Below are positions 25,550 through 36,481 of a DNA stretch of 64,000 nucleotides, one piece after another (the first letter of the stretch is position 1; the number at the start of each line of letters is the position of its first letter). This DNA comes from an uncultured Clostridia bacterium (lineage in GTDB: Bacteria > Bacillota > Clostridia > Oscillospirales > JAAYOS01), in assembly GCA_947630675.1 (NCBI GenBank), contig CANRIN010000004.1, positions 2,545 to 66,544 on the forward strand. Reading direction: 5' to 3'. The position numbers were made by a program, and so were the translations under genes. The notes under the pieces are model-generated. The model was not told the DNA's origin, searched no databases, and saw only the letters and a program-made list of their open reading frames with translations.

Positions 25550-27919
25550 ATGGAAAAAGCAGATAAAAACGTCACAACTCTCCCGATGCTTGTGCTGCGC
25601 GGACTTACTGTCTTTCCGCGCATGATAATGTTCTTCGACGTCGCGCGGGAAAAGAGCGCCGCCGCCGTCGATGCGGCGCTGCGCTCCTCGAACCAGCTCG
25701 TGTTCCTTGCCGCGCAGAAGGACTTCAGGACGGAGGATCCCTCTCCCGACGAGGTCTATGAGGTTGGCACCGTCTCGAAAGTGTGTCAGGTATTCAAGCT
25801 GCCGGACGAGACCGTCCGCGTACTTGTGGAAGGGCTGTTCCGCGCCCGCCGCGTCGGCATATCGGGCGAAGAGGGCTGCTTCATCGCCGATGTAGAGCGG
25901 CTCGAGGACCGTCCTTCCGCGCGTGTGTCCGCAAAGAAGCTCGAGGCGCTCGTCCGCCGCACCCACAGCGAATTCGAGCGGTACGCCGAAATATCGCCGC
26001 GTATCTCACAGGAGATACTGCACGGCGTCCTCGGCTCGGACGACGCGGCGTATCTTTCCGACTACATAGCCCAGAACCTTCCCGTCGCCGTCGAGGCAAA
26101 GCAGGCAATACTCGAGGAACTGCGGGTAGTGCCGCGCCTTGAGAGCGTCGCGGCGATGCTCGAGAGCGAAAACGAGATAATCGAGCTTGACCGCGGGATA
26201 CAGCACCGCGTTCAGCAGCGCGTCGGCCGCAGCCACAGAGAACAGTTCCTCCGCGAGCAGCTCCGCGTCATACGCGAGGAGCTTGGCGAGGAACCGGAGG
26301 AGACCGGCGCAGATGAGTACCGCAGGAAAATAGCCGCGCTGAAGCTGCCCCAGGAGTACACGGAAAAGCTGATAAAAGAGGTCGCGCGGCTCGAGCTGAT
26401 GCACCCGTCGTCCGCCGAGGCGGCGGTCTCGCGCACATACCTCGACACCGTCCTCGAGCTCCCGTGGAACGTCGAGACAAAGGACAACACCGACCTCGCC
26501 CGCGCCGCCCGCATCCTCGACAGGCAGCACTACGGCCTGGAGAAGGTCAAGGAGCGCATACTCGAGTTCCTAGCCGTGCGCAAATTAAAGCCGGATATAG
26601 GCGGACAGGTTATCTGCCTCGTCGGCCCTCCGGGAGTGGGCAAGACGTCGATAGCGATGAGCCTCGCTTCCGCCATGGGACGGAAGACCGCGCGCCTGAG
26701 CCTCGGCGGCATACGCGACGAGGCGGAGATACGCGGCCACCGCAAGACCTACGTCGGCGCGATGCCGGGGCGCATAATGAACGCGCTTGCGCAGGCAGGC
26801 TCGAAGAACGCCGTGCTCATTCTCGACGAGGTGGATAAGCTCGGCGCGGACTTCCACGGCGACCCCGCCGCCGCGCTTCTCGAGGTGCTTGACGCGGAGC
26901 AGAACCATGCCTTCCGCGACCACTACATAGAGATACCCTTCGACCTCTCGCAGACGCTGTTCGTGACGACGGCGAACACTCTCGACACTATACCGCGTCC
27001 TCTCCTTGACCGCATGGAGGTGATAGAGCTCTCGAGCTACACCGACGAAGAGAAGATGAAGATAGCAACGAAGTACCTCCTTCCCAAGCAGATGGCAAAG
27101 CACGGCCTCAGCACGAAGACAATGCGCGTCGACGGCAAGGCCATACGCGACATCATCACTCTCTACACGAGGGAGAGCGGCGTCCGCAGCCTCGAACGCG
27201 AGCTTGCCTCGCTCTGCCGCAAGACAGCAAAGGAAATAGCCTCCGGAGAGGAGTCGGTACATATCCGCGCGCGCGATCTTGAGACGCTTCTCGGGCCGCA
27301 CCGTTACAAGCCGGAGCGCCTGAGCAGACGGGACGAGGTAGGCGTCGTCTGCGGCCTCGCATGGACGTCGGTCGGAGGAGAGATACTCGAGACCGAGGCC
27401 GGCGTGATGCCGGGAACCGGCAGGATAGAGCTCACCGGCAACCTCGGCGACGTTATGAAGGAGAGCGCCCGCGCCGCGATAAGCTACATCCGTTCGGTCG
27501 CGGAGGAGCTCGGCATAGACCCGGATTTCTACAAGACAAAGGACATACACATCCACTTCCCGGAGGGAGCGATACCGAAGGACGGACCGTCCGCCGGCGT
27601 CACTATAGCGACGGCGATATGCTCGGCGCTCCTCGGCGCGCCGGTCCGCTCGGACGTCGCAATGACGGGTGAGATAACGATACGCGGGCGCGTCCTGCCG
27701 ATAGGCGGCCTCAAGGAAAAGACGATGGCGGCGTATCGGAACGGCATCCGCACGGTGATAATACCGGAGGACAACGAGAGCGACCTTGCGGAGATAGACC
27801 CGACCGTCCGCGCCTCGCTCAGCTTCATCACGGCGGGGAGCGCGCTCGACGTGTTCAAGGCAGCCATTCTGCCCGTTGAAAGCAAGGAGCCGACAAAGTA
27901 TGCCGATAAATCTGCATAA
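25550..27919 (+). CDS. lon: ATP-dependent Lon protease (LonA)
   Basis: LON N-domain (LPMLVLRGLTVFP), Walker A GPPGVGKTS, and proteolytic serine motif KDGPSAG. Confidence 0.95.
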   Translation: MEKADKNVTTLPMLVLRGLTVFPRMIMFFDVAREKSAAAVDAALRSSNQLVFLAAQKDFRTEDPSPDEVYEVGTVSKVCQVFKLPDETVRVLVEGLFRARRVGISGEEGCFIADVERLEDRPSARVSAKKLEALVRRTHSEFERYAEISPRISQEILHGVLGSDDAAYLSDYIAQNLPVAVEAKQAILEELRVVPRLESVAAMLESENEIIELDRGIQHRVQQRVGRSHREQFLREQLRVIREELGEEPEETGADEYRRKIAALKLPQEYTEKLIKEVARLELMHPSSAEAAVSRTYLDTVLELPWNVETKDNTDLARAARILDRQHYGLEKVKERILEFLAVRKLKPDIGGQVICLVGPPGVGKTSIAMSLASAMGRKTARLSLGGIRDEAEIRGHRKTYVGAMPGRIMNALAQAGSKNAVLILDEVDKLGADFHGDPAAALLEVLDAEQNHAFRDHYIEIPFDLSQTLFVTTANTLDTIPRPLLDRMEVIELSSYTDEEKMKIATKYLLPKQMAKHGLSTKTMRVDGKAIRDIITLYTRESGVRSLERELASLCRKTAKEIASGEESVHIRARDLETLLGPHRYKPERLSRRDEVGVVCGLAWTSVGGEILETEAGVMPGTGRIELTGNLGDVMKESARAAISYIRSVAEELGIDPDFYKTKDIHIHFPEGAIPKDGPSAGVTIATAICSALLGAPVRSDVAMTGEITIRGRVLPIGGLKEKTMAAYRNGIRTVIIPEDNESDLAEIDPTVRASLSFITAGSALDVFKAAILPVESKEPTKYADKSA

Positions 27920-28499
27920 CGCCGAATTTCTGCGCTCCGCCGCGGGAAAGAGCGGCTTCATACGCGACGGGCTGCCGAAGGTGGCGTTCGCGGGGCGTTC
28001 CAACGTCGGGAAGAGCTCGACGATAAACGCCATCCTCAACCGCAACTCGCTCGCCCGCGTGAGCGAAAGCCCCGGCAAGACCGCGCACGTCAACTACTTC
28101 TCGATAGACGGCAAGGCGTACCTTGTCGACCTGCCGGGCTACGGCTTTGCAAAGGTGTCGCAGAAGGAGCGGGACAGGTGGGGAGAGATGATGGAGGACT
28201 ACTTCGCCGACCGCGAGGCGGGCCCCGCGCTCTGCGTTCTCATCGTCGACAGCCGCCACGCACCCACCGCCGACGACCGGAACATGTGTGACTACTTCCG
28301 CCAGTGCGGCTATCCCTTCATCGTCGCGGCAAACAAGTCGGACGGACTGAAGAAAAGCGCGCGCGAGGATGCGGTGCGGACGATACGCGAGACGCTCACG
28401 CTCGACGAGCGCGACCCGGTCATACTCTACTCCGCAAGGAAGAAGGAGAACATCGAACCGCTCCGCGCGGCGGTCATAGCCGCGTGGGAGGGGAAGTAA
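27900..28499 (+). CDS. engB: Ribosome biogenesis GTPase YsxC/EngB
   Basis: The start is trimmed to ATG 27900, overlapping the lon stop. G1 GRSNVGKSS, G3 DLPGYG, G4 NKSD. The lon-engB order is conserved. Confidence 0.9.
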   Translation: MPINLHNAEFLRSAAGKSGFIRDGLPKVAFAGRSNVGKSSTINAILNRNSLARVSESPGKTAHVNYFSIDGKAYLVDLPGYGFAKVSQKERDRWGEMMEDYFADREAGPALCVLIVDSRHAPTADDRNMCDYFRQCGYPFIVAANKSDGLKKSAREDAVRTIRETLTLDERDPVILYSARKKENIEPLRAAVIAAWEGK

Positions 28500-28521
28500 A
28501 GCAAATCACGGAGAAGCAACA

Positions 28522-28558
28522 AACGAGGCACAGCTTTGCTGCGCCTCGTTTATTTATG
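28522..28558. terminator. Terminator hairpin shared by convergent engB and the GH18 gene
   Basis: AACGAGGCACAGC / GCTGCGCCTCGTT stem (28522-28550), then TATTTAT. Confidence 0.6.
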
Positions 28559-28566
28559 TTGAAGGT

Positions 28567-30207
28567 CTATCCCAGCAGCGACGCCACATTGAGCCAGGCC
28601 GCGACGTTCCGCTCATCCGGGATCGTACCGAGCCGCCACACCGACACTCCCGTGACGCCGAAGAGACGCATGAGGTCGAGCTTCGCGCCGACGCTCCGTT
28701 CGTCCTCGTACCAAAGGAAGATGTTCTGTCCGTCCTCGGTGCGGTAGGTGAGGTACGGGTTTCCGAGCGCGGATGACCATCCCATTGTTGCGCCGCCCTC
28801 TATGCGGCGGAGCACCGTATCGTAGGACGGGTACTGCGGCTGTGTGGAAGTGAGCTTTCCGGAGTCATCGGTCTCCCACGCCATGGCCGTCATGCTGACG
28901 GCAAGGGCGAGCTTCGACCGGTCTCGGACGCCGGTCTCGGGGTCGCACGCTGCGCGGAGCGAGTAGTAGACCGAGTTTATCGGGGTGAGCGCCGCGTTTT
29001 TGTAGAACGTCGAGCCGATGAGGTTTTCGTCCATCTGGCGCGGCGCGTAGTCGTGCGCCATGAGTATCACCTTGTCTGCAAGCCCGCCTATCTCGCGGTA
29101 GTCGTATCCGTCGTAGTAGACCCCGTCGGCGGTGGCCGGCATCACCGCGACATAGAGGGTGAGACCTGCCGACTCGAGCGCCGCGTCAAGCTCACGCAGG
29201 AAGAGCGTGAAAGGCTCGCGGGCTGGGGCGCGAAGTCCCTCAAAGTCTATCGTCGCACCGTCGAGCCCGAGCCCCTTCACTTCTTTAAGTATCATGTCGA
29301 CTGCGGCGGAGCGGTTCTCGGGAAGGGAGAAGGCGTCAAAAAAACCTGCGCTCGTCACGTCGTTCATCACGACGTCGAGGTGCATACGGACGCCGCCTTC
29401 GGAGAGCGCCGCCGTGACGGTTTCGTATCCCTCCGGTATGCAGTACTCGTTCCCGCCGGACGGGGAGGTGAAAAGCCGCGGCGCGCCGTTCTCGACGCGC
29501 ATACGGCTCCAGCCGAGGCTCACCGCGTCGAGCGACTTTGCAAGCTCGAGCTGGCTGTACGAGGATATGGCGTAGAATGCGTGGCGCCATTCGAGCGGGG
29601 AGACGCGGCGCTCGTATATCCGGACTAGCATCGCCGCCGCTTCCTCACGCTTCGCATATCCTTCCGGGGCAAAGGAGGTAGCCGAGACGCCGGTCGTCAT
29701 TCCGATGTCGTATGCGACCGAGATGTAGCCCTTGTCCTCGGAGACGTCGGTAAACGGAAGCCCGCCCCACTTCTCGGAAGCCTCGGCCTCGCCGCCGTAA
29801 CCGAGCGCGCGGACGAGCATCACCGCCATCTCGCGGCGCGTAATCAGGTCCTCGGGGCGGAAGCTCCCGCCCGTGTCCACCGCGCCGCGCTTTGCCGCCG
29901 CGTTGATATATGTGCGGGACCAACGGCCCGCGATGTCGTCGAACGCGTCCTCCTGTTCCTCAGCCCATCCGAACATCCTTACAAGCACAGTCGCAAATTC
30001 CTCGCGGCGGATAGTCCGGCCGGTACCGAAAAGTCCGCCGCCGACGCCCTCCATAAGTCCGTATTCCTTTGCCTTTGTCACGGCTGTCCGCGACCACTCG
30101 GCAGTGGGCATATCCGAATACGGCTCGTCTGCGGGCGCGGCGAAGGCGGACGCCGCCGGCAGCAGCATGGCCAATGCGAGCATGAACGATATAAGTCTTT
30201 TACGCAT
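28567..30207 (-). CDS. Secreted SLH-domain glycoside hydrolase family 18-like protein
   Basis: The start is trimmed to ATG 30207 (MRKRLISFMLALAMLLPAASAFA signal peptide). Three S-layer-homology repeats (FSDMP.., FDDIAG.., FTDVSED..). GH18 core with DGATIDFE (DxxDxDxE-type catalytic motif). Confidence 0.8.
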   Translation of the reverse strand: MRKRLISFMLALAMLLPAASAFAAPADEPYSDMPTAEWSRTAVTKAKEYGLMEGVGGGLFGTGRTIRREEFATVLVRMFGWAEEQEDAFDDIAGRWSRTYINAAAKRGAVDTGGSFRPEDLITRREMAVMLVRALGYGGEAEASEKWGGLPFTDVSEDKGYISVAYDIGMTTGVSATSFAPEGYAKREEAAAMLVRIYERRVSPLEWRHAFYAISSYSQLELAKSLDAVSLGWSRMRVENGAPRLFTSPSGGNEYCIPEGYETVTAALSEGGVRMHLDVVMNDVTSAGFFDAFSLPENRSAAVDMILKEVKGLGLDGATIDFEGLRAPAREPFTLFLRELDAALESAGLTLYVAVMPATADGVYYDGYDYREIGGLADKVILMAHDYAPRQMDENLIGSTFYKNAALTPINSVYYSLRAACDPETGVRDRSKLALAVSMTAMAWETDDSGKLTSTQPQYPSYDTVLRRIEGGATMGWSSALGNPYLTYRTEDGQNIFLWYEDERSVGAKLDLMRLFGVTGVSVWRLGTIPDERNVAAWLNVASLLG

Positions 30208-30248
30208 ATATTCACTTCCTTTTTGGGTACACCGGATCCTTTGATACG

Positions 30249-30277
30249 ATTGTAGCACATCCGAGCGGACAATACAA
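30249..30277 (-). promoter_or_regulatory. sigma-A type promoter of the SLH-GH18 gene
   Basis: Minus-strand TTGTAT (30272-30277), 17-nt spacer, TGcTACAAT extended -10 (-10 hexamer at 30249-30254). Confidence 0.45.
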
Positions 30278-30279
30278 GC

Positions 30280-31026
30280 TCAGTCCGGCGCCTCCGCCAC
30301 TATGTCGTAGTCACCGTAGAGCTCGCGCGGGGATGCGCCGGTATCCTCGAGGTATGTGTATGCCTCCGGCACGTCTCCGACTATGACCGTCTCGGCGACA
30401 ACTACTTTCGACGATACTCTCGTCGAAGTCTCGTAACCGGGCAGCAGCACGGAAATATCCGCCGTCACGGTGACTATCATCTGATGGCGCGTCTGATTTA
30501 TACCGGCGGTAACGAGCGCCGTGGAGAAGTCCGCCTCAGCCGTCCCGACCGGCACGACTATCACCGGTATCTCCGGCCCGCGCCCGCTGAACAGCTCGCC
30601 GTCGATGATGTTTCCGAGCGGTATGGCGAGCTCGGAGGTATCCATGTCTTTGATCCTCTCGAGCACGAGCGCGGTTATGTCGGTCTTGAGCTTGTTTATG
30701 GCGGACATATTCGTCTTCAGCGCCGTGACCTTACCGTCGGCGTCCTTTTCGAGCAGGACGAGATCGTCGTAGCTCACGCCGCCCTCGGCTATCTGCTCGT
30801 TTATGGCGTTATTTATCACTTCGCCCGCGAGGTACGCGACGCGGCTTGCCGCGAGCTGTTCCACAACAGGCCGCAGCCGTTTCTGAAACCACGCAAGCAT
30901 CAGCGACGCTGCCGCGAGCAGTACCGCAAGCCGCAGCAGTATGCGCCGTCCCTTTTTCCCGGACGCTGCCCGGCGTGCCCTGCGCCGGACGAGCATCAGC
31001 CGCAGCGACGACATTATCCTACGCAT
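30280..31026 (-). CDS. yunB: Sporulation protein YunB
   Basis: The start is trimmed to ATG 31026, which has a GGGAGGTG RBS. One N-terminal TM. VINNAINEQI...DADGKVTALKTNM...IPLGNI...GPEIPV...TAGINQT match the YunB family. Confidence 0.8.
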   Translation of the reverse strand: MRRIMSSLRLMLVRRRARRAASGKKGRRILLRLAVLLAAASLMLAWFQKRLRPVVEQLAASRVAYLAGEVINNAINEQIAEGGVSYDDLVLLEKDADGKVTALKTNMSAINKLKTDITALVLERIKDMDTSELAIPLGNIIDGELFSGRGPEIPVIVVPVGTAEADFSTALVTAGINQTRHQMIVTVTADISVLLPGYETSTRVSSKVVVAETVIVGDVPEAYTYLEDTGASPRELYGDYDIVAEAPD

Positions 31027-31141
31027 CTCAACACCTCCCGCCATATCCAGTGTATGCGCCGCCGCCTGTCCCGTTTCGCATAATCCGGCGATATGCGGGC
31101 AAATATAGTGGCGAGCGACAAAATTTCGGGAGGCGGGGCAG

Positions 31142-31819
31142 TTGCAGGTACTGTTTGTGAGGGCCATTATCCTCTATGTCACAATAATCGCCGCCATGCG
31201 CGCCATGGGAAAGCGGCAGCTCGGACAGCTCTCGGCAAGCGAGTTCGTCGTGGCGATGATGATAAGCGAGCTTGCGTCGATACCCATGCAGGACAACAAC
31301 ATCCCGCTGCTCTACGGGCTGATACCCATAATAGTTCTCGTCGGACTTGAGTATATCTCCACATTCGGGGCGCTGAAGAGTCTGCGCTTCCGCGCGATCG
31401 TGAGCGGCAGACCCGCCATAGTCCTGCGCGAAGGAAAGATAGATCAGCGCGAGCTGCACAAGAGCCGGATGTCGGTGGACGAGCTGATAGAGGAGCTCCG
31501 CAAGAAGGGAATCACCGACCTCGACACGCTGAGGTACGTCATACTCGAGCCGGGCGGGGAGGTGAGCGCCATACGCTACTCCGCCGACGACAGCGCGACG
31601 CCGAAGGACCTCGGCGTCACCCCAAAGGAGCACGGCCTTCCGATGACGATAATAAGCGACGGGCGGGTGATAGGCCGAAACCTCGCTCTCCGCGGCATGG
31701 ACAGGAGCGGGCTTGAAAAGTGGCTCCGCGAGAACGGCCACCCGTCGCCGGAGGGAATATTCCTCATGACGATAGACGACAGCGGAAAGATATACGTCGA
31801 ACGCAGGGAGGAAAACTGA
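31142..31819 (+). CDS. DUF421 (YetF/YrbG-like) membrane protein
   Basis: TTG start. RAIILYVTIIAAMRAMGKRQLGQLSASEFVVAMMI is the typical DUF421 N-terminus, and a C-terminal YetF domain follows. Confidence 0.8.
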   Translation: MQVLFVRAIILYVTIIAAMRAMGKRQLGQLSASEFVVAMMISELASIPMQDNNIPLLYGLIPIIVLVGLEYISTFGALKSLRFRAIVSGRPAIVLREGKIDQRELHKSRMSVDELIEELRKKGITDLDTLRYVILEPGGEVSAIRYSADDSATPKDLGVTPKEHGLPMTIISDGRVIGRNLALRGMDRSGLEKWLRENGHPSPEGIFLMTIDDSGKIYVERREEN

Positions 31820-32196
31820 TGCGCTATCTTCTGATAGGTCTCGCGGTGCTCGTGGCGGTCGGGGCGGTCTGCGTCGTCTCCGGTATCACGCTCGAGCGGA
31901 ACATGGAGGAGATATCCGAGGAACTCACCCTCTCGGAGGAGAGGTTCAGAGCGGGAGACATTCAGGGTGCGCTCACGCTCGCGCACGCCGCCCGCGGGCG
32001 CTGGGAAGCCCACAGCCGCTTCTTCGGCGCGGTGCTCCACGGCGAGGCGTCTGCCTCGGCGGAAAGAAAGCTGGATGTGCTGATACGTCTGCTTGAAACC
32101 GACCCGGAGGCGGCGGCAGAGGCATATTCGGAGGCGATAGAGGAGCTTCGGCTGATAGGCAGCGGAGAGCGGATGACGCTCGGAAATCTCCTCTGA
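31819..32196 (+). CDS. DUF4363-like small membrane-anchored protein
   Basis: The start is trimmed to ATG 31819, overlapping the DUF421 stop. One TM plus a helical domain. DUF4363 proteins usually pair with DUF421. Confidence 0.6.
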   Translation: MRYLLIGLAVLVAVGAVCVVSGITLERNMEEISEELTLSEERFRAGDIQGALTLAHAARGRWEAHSRFFGAVLHGEASASAERKLDVLIRLLETDPEAAAEAYSEAIEELRLIGSGERMTLGNLL

Positions 32197-32199
32197 CTC

Positions 32200-34264
<2,065 letters not shown>

Positions 34265-34339
34265 GAAATTTACTTTACAGATTTTAAAACACGGAAATCT
34301 ATATAAATTTATTTGCTTTACAGCATAGAATGAGATGAA

Positions 34340-34368
34340 GGACGGTGCATCTGCACCGTCCTTTTTTC
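34340..34368 (+). terminator. Rho-independent terminator after ligA
   Basis: GGACGGTGCA (34340-34349) pairs with TGCACCGTCC (34352-34361), followed by TTTTTT. Confidence 0.75.
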
Positions 34369-34377
34369 GGTATTCAG

Positions 34378-34405
34378 GAATATTCGCCGGGGACAGGCAT
34401 ATCTT
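34378..34405 (+). promoter_or_regulatory. sigma-E-type promoter of the spoIIIA operon
   Basis: GAATATT (34378-34384), 13-nt spacer, CATATCTT (34398-34405). This resembles the Bacillus sigma-E consensus (ATATT ... CATACA-T). spoIIIA is sigma-E dependent in B. subtilis. Confidence 0.5.
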
Positions 34406-34430
34406 TTCAGTGGACAAGGGGGTGCGGCGG

Positions 34431-35327
34431 ATGGAATACTTTCTTTCGAGATATCTCGGGGCGTGCGAGCTGCTTCCATCAAGGCTCCGCCTGCGCGCTC
34501 TCGCCGTGAGCGAGGCGCTTATGGCGGAGGCGGAGGAAATACGTCTCCGCGCGGGGAGAACGCCCGCGGTCGTGGCGGGGTCCGGCGAGCACGACCTTGA
34601 CGGGCCACCAGTGACACCCGACGACATTCTCGACACGCTGACGAGGGCGGCAAGGGGTTCGCTTCACACCTTCGCGGGCGAGCTTGCGTCCGGCTTTCTT
34701 ACCGCCTCCGGAGGATACCGCCTGGGCGTCTGCGGACGCGCCGCAATGAGCGGCGGGGAATGTGTGGGGATGCGGGAGTTTTCTTCGCTCGACCTACGTA
34801 TATCCAAGGAGGTCCGCGGCGCGGCGGAGAATATTTCGCGGGAGATATGCTCCGGCGGACGCGTGCGCTCGACGCTCATAGTCTCACCTCCGGGCGGCGG
34901 GAAGACGACGCTTCTCCGCGACCTTGTGAGAACGGTGAGCGACCTCGGCTTTCGCGTCTCGCTTGCGGACGAGCGCGGCGAAATAGCGGCTTGCTCCGGC
35001 GGCGTTCCTGGGTTTGACGTGGGTGCACGGACCGACGTGCTCTCCGGTGCGCCTAAGGCGTGGAGCGCGCTCACGCTGCTCCGAGCCATGAATCCGCAGG
35101 TTTTGGCGCTCGACGAGATAACCGACCCCGCCGACGCGCGAGCGCTCCAGTACGCCGCAGGCTGCGGGACGGCGGTTTTCGCGACGGTACACGCTGCGTC
35201 CCCTGAGGAGACCGCCGCGCGCCCCGCGCTTGCCGGTGTAATACATATATTTGAAAAGGCGGTACTGATAGAGCGCCGTGAGGACGGACGGAGGGCGAGC
35301 ATATCCGATATGCCGCGCCGCATGTGA
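34431..35327 (+). CDS. spoIIIAA: Stage III sporulation protein AA (ATPase)
   Basis: The start is trimmed to ATG 34431, which has an AAGGGGG RBS. Walker A SPPGGGKTTLLRD and Walker B VLALDEI. First gene of an eight-gene spoIIIA array. Confidence 0.85.
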   Translation: MEYFLSRYLGACELLPSRLRLRALAVSEALMAEAEEIRLRAGRTPAVVAGSGEHDLDGPPVTPDDILDTLTRAARGSLHTFAGELASGFLTASGGYRLGVCGRAAMSGGECVGMREFSSLDLRISKEVRGAAENISREICSGGRVRSTLIVSPPGGGKTTLLRDLVRTVSDLGFRVSLADERGEIAACSGGVPGFDVGARTDVLSGAPKAWSALTLLRAMNPQVLALDEITDPADARALQYAAGCGTAVFATVHAASPEETAARPALAGVIHIFEKAVLIERREDGRRASISDMPRRM

Positions 35328-35818
35328 CGCGCGCCGTCGGCGCCATGCTCGTGATACTCGGCTCGTCCGGCGCGGGTGTGGCTGCGTTCCGCGCCGCCGC
35401 CGCACGGGTGAGAACGCTTTCGTCCTACGCGGCGATGCTCGGCGCGCTTAGGCGGGAGATATACCCGGAGCTTGCTACGCTCGAGGAGGCGCTTGAAGCC
35501 GCAGTCCGTGCGGACGCCGCGCCGGACTTCGCGCGGAACGTGCTCTGCGGTATACGCGCGCGGGGCGGCGCGGAGGCGTCCGGCTGTTGGAAAGACGCAT
35601 GCGCCGCTGCGCCGCGCGAGATACGCCAGATACTCGCGGAGCTCGCTCCGCTGCTTGGGCAGTGCTCCGCGGAGGAGCAGAGCCGCGCGCTTGAGAAGGC
35701 GGAGCAGCGCATAGAGCGGCTGCGCGACGCGGCGGAGGACGAGCGGCGGCGCTCGGGACGGATGTATATAACCTTCGGAGTATGCGGAGGAGTGGCCGCT
35801 GCGGTGATGCTCCTTTAG
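35324..35818 (+). CDS. spoIIIAB: Stage III sporulation protein AB
   Basis: 164 aa with an N-terminal TM (GAMLVILGSSGAG) and a C-terminal TM. Position and size match SpoIIIAB. Confidence 0.8.
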   Translation: MTRAVGAMLVILGSSGAGVAAFRAAAARVRTLSSYAAMLGALRREIYPELATLEEALEAAVRADAAPDFARNVLCGIRARGGAEASGCWKDACAAAPREIRQILAELAPLLGQCSAEEQSRALEKAEQRIERLRDAAEDERRRSGRMYITFGVCGGVAAAVMLL

Positions 35819-35834
35819 AGAAAGGGATGTCTGT

Positions 35835-36029
35835 GTGCAGGTAGACCTGATATTCAGAATAGCGGCGATAGGCATACTCGTCGCAGTCTTGAACCAACTT
35901 CTCGTGCGCTCGGGGCGGGAGGAGCAGGCGATGATGACAACGCTTGCGGGACTTGTCGTGGTGCTCATGATACTCCTGCAGGAGATAAACACCCTGTTCG
36001 AGACAGTGCGCACCCTCTTCGGGCTTTAA
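35835..36029 (+). CDS. spoIIIAC: Stage III sporulation protein AC
   Basis: 64 aa with two TM helices. IFRIAAIGILVAVLNQLL...GREEQA is the conserved SpoIIIAC sequence. Confidence 0.85.
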   Translation: MQVDLIFRIAAIGILVAVLNQLLVRSGREEQAMMTTLAGLVVVLMILLQEINTLFETVRTLFGL

Positions 36030-36035
36030 AGATGT

Positions 36036-36428
36036 ATGGATACTGCGTTGAAGGCTGCCGTCACGGGACTGGTGGCGGTGGCGGCGGTGCTTGCGGTAAA
36101 ACGGGACAATCCCGCCGGAGCGTTCGTACTTGCGCTGGCCGTCGGAGCGGTCATACTGACCGCAGCGGCGGGGATATTCTCTCCCGCGGCGGAGTTCCTC
36201 TCGGAGCTTGCGGAGGCGGCGGGGTTGTCGCCGGAGATATTGGGTACGCTCCTGCGCGTGCTGACGGTGGCGAGCGCCGCGCACATAGCCTCGGAGAGCT
36301 GCAGGGACGCGGGGGAACGCGGCGTCGGAGCCGCGATAGACCTTGCAGGCGGGGCGGCCGCGCTTGTCGTATCGCTGCCGCTTCTCTCGGCTGTGTTCTC
36401 CTTTTTGCGTGGCTTTGCTCCGCGGTAG
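36036..36428 (+). CDS. spoIIIAD: Stage III sporulation protein AD
   Basis: 130-aa polytopic membrane protein with the SpoIIIAD pattern (..ASESCRDAGE..). Confidence 0.85.
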   Translation: MDTALKAAVTGLVAVAAVLAVKRDNPAGAFVLALAVGAVILTAAAGIFSPAAEFLSELAEAAGLSPEILGTLLRVLTVASAAHIASESCRDAGERGVGAAIDLAGGAAALVVSLPLLSAVFSFLRGFAPR

Positions 36429-36481
36429 CGGCGGAGCTGCACCCGCACAGCGTAGGGGAGAACGAAGCCGCAGCGCCGGAC

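Noticed and set aside
26585-28093. 502-aa minus-strand ORF
   Set aside because: It is antisense to lon and engB, has no motifs, and is a GC-driven open frame.
34664-36013. 449-aa minus-strand ORF, and similar long antisense ORFs (16131-17240, 19299-20546, 14602-15537, 12374-13240, 5708-6667, 51397-52275, 52253-53158, 53534-54565, 62110-62985)
   Set aside because: Each lies opposite a gene with clear family signatures (spoIIIAA-AC, cysS, polA, rimO, recA, GNAT, dapB, dapA, asd, SDR/cmk-like). None has an RBS or recognisable domains.
36032-36481. ATG 36032 as the start of spoIIIAE (479-aa version in the ORF track)
   Set aside because: It would overlap the whole of spoIIIAD in another frame. 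The extra 150 aa are Gly/Arg-rich (GGGGGGACGKTGQSRRS...), which is not protein-like. It is kept only as an open question about the true start.
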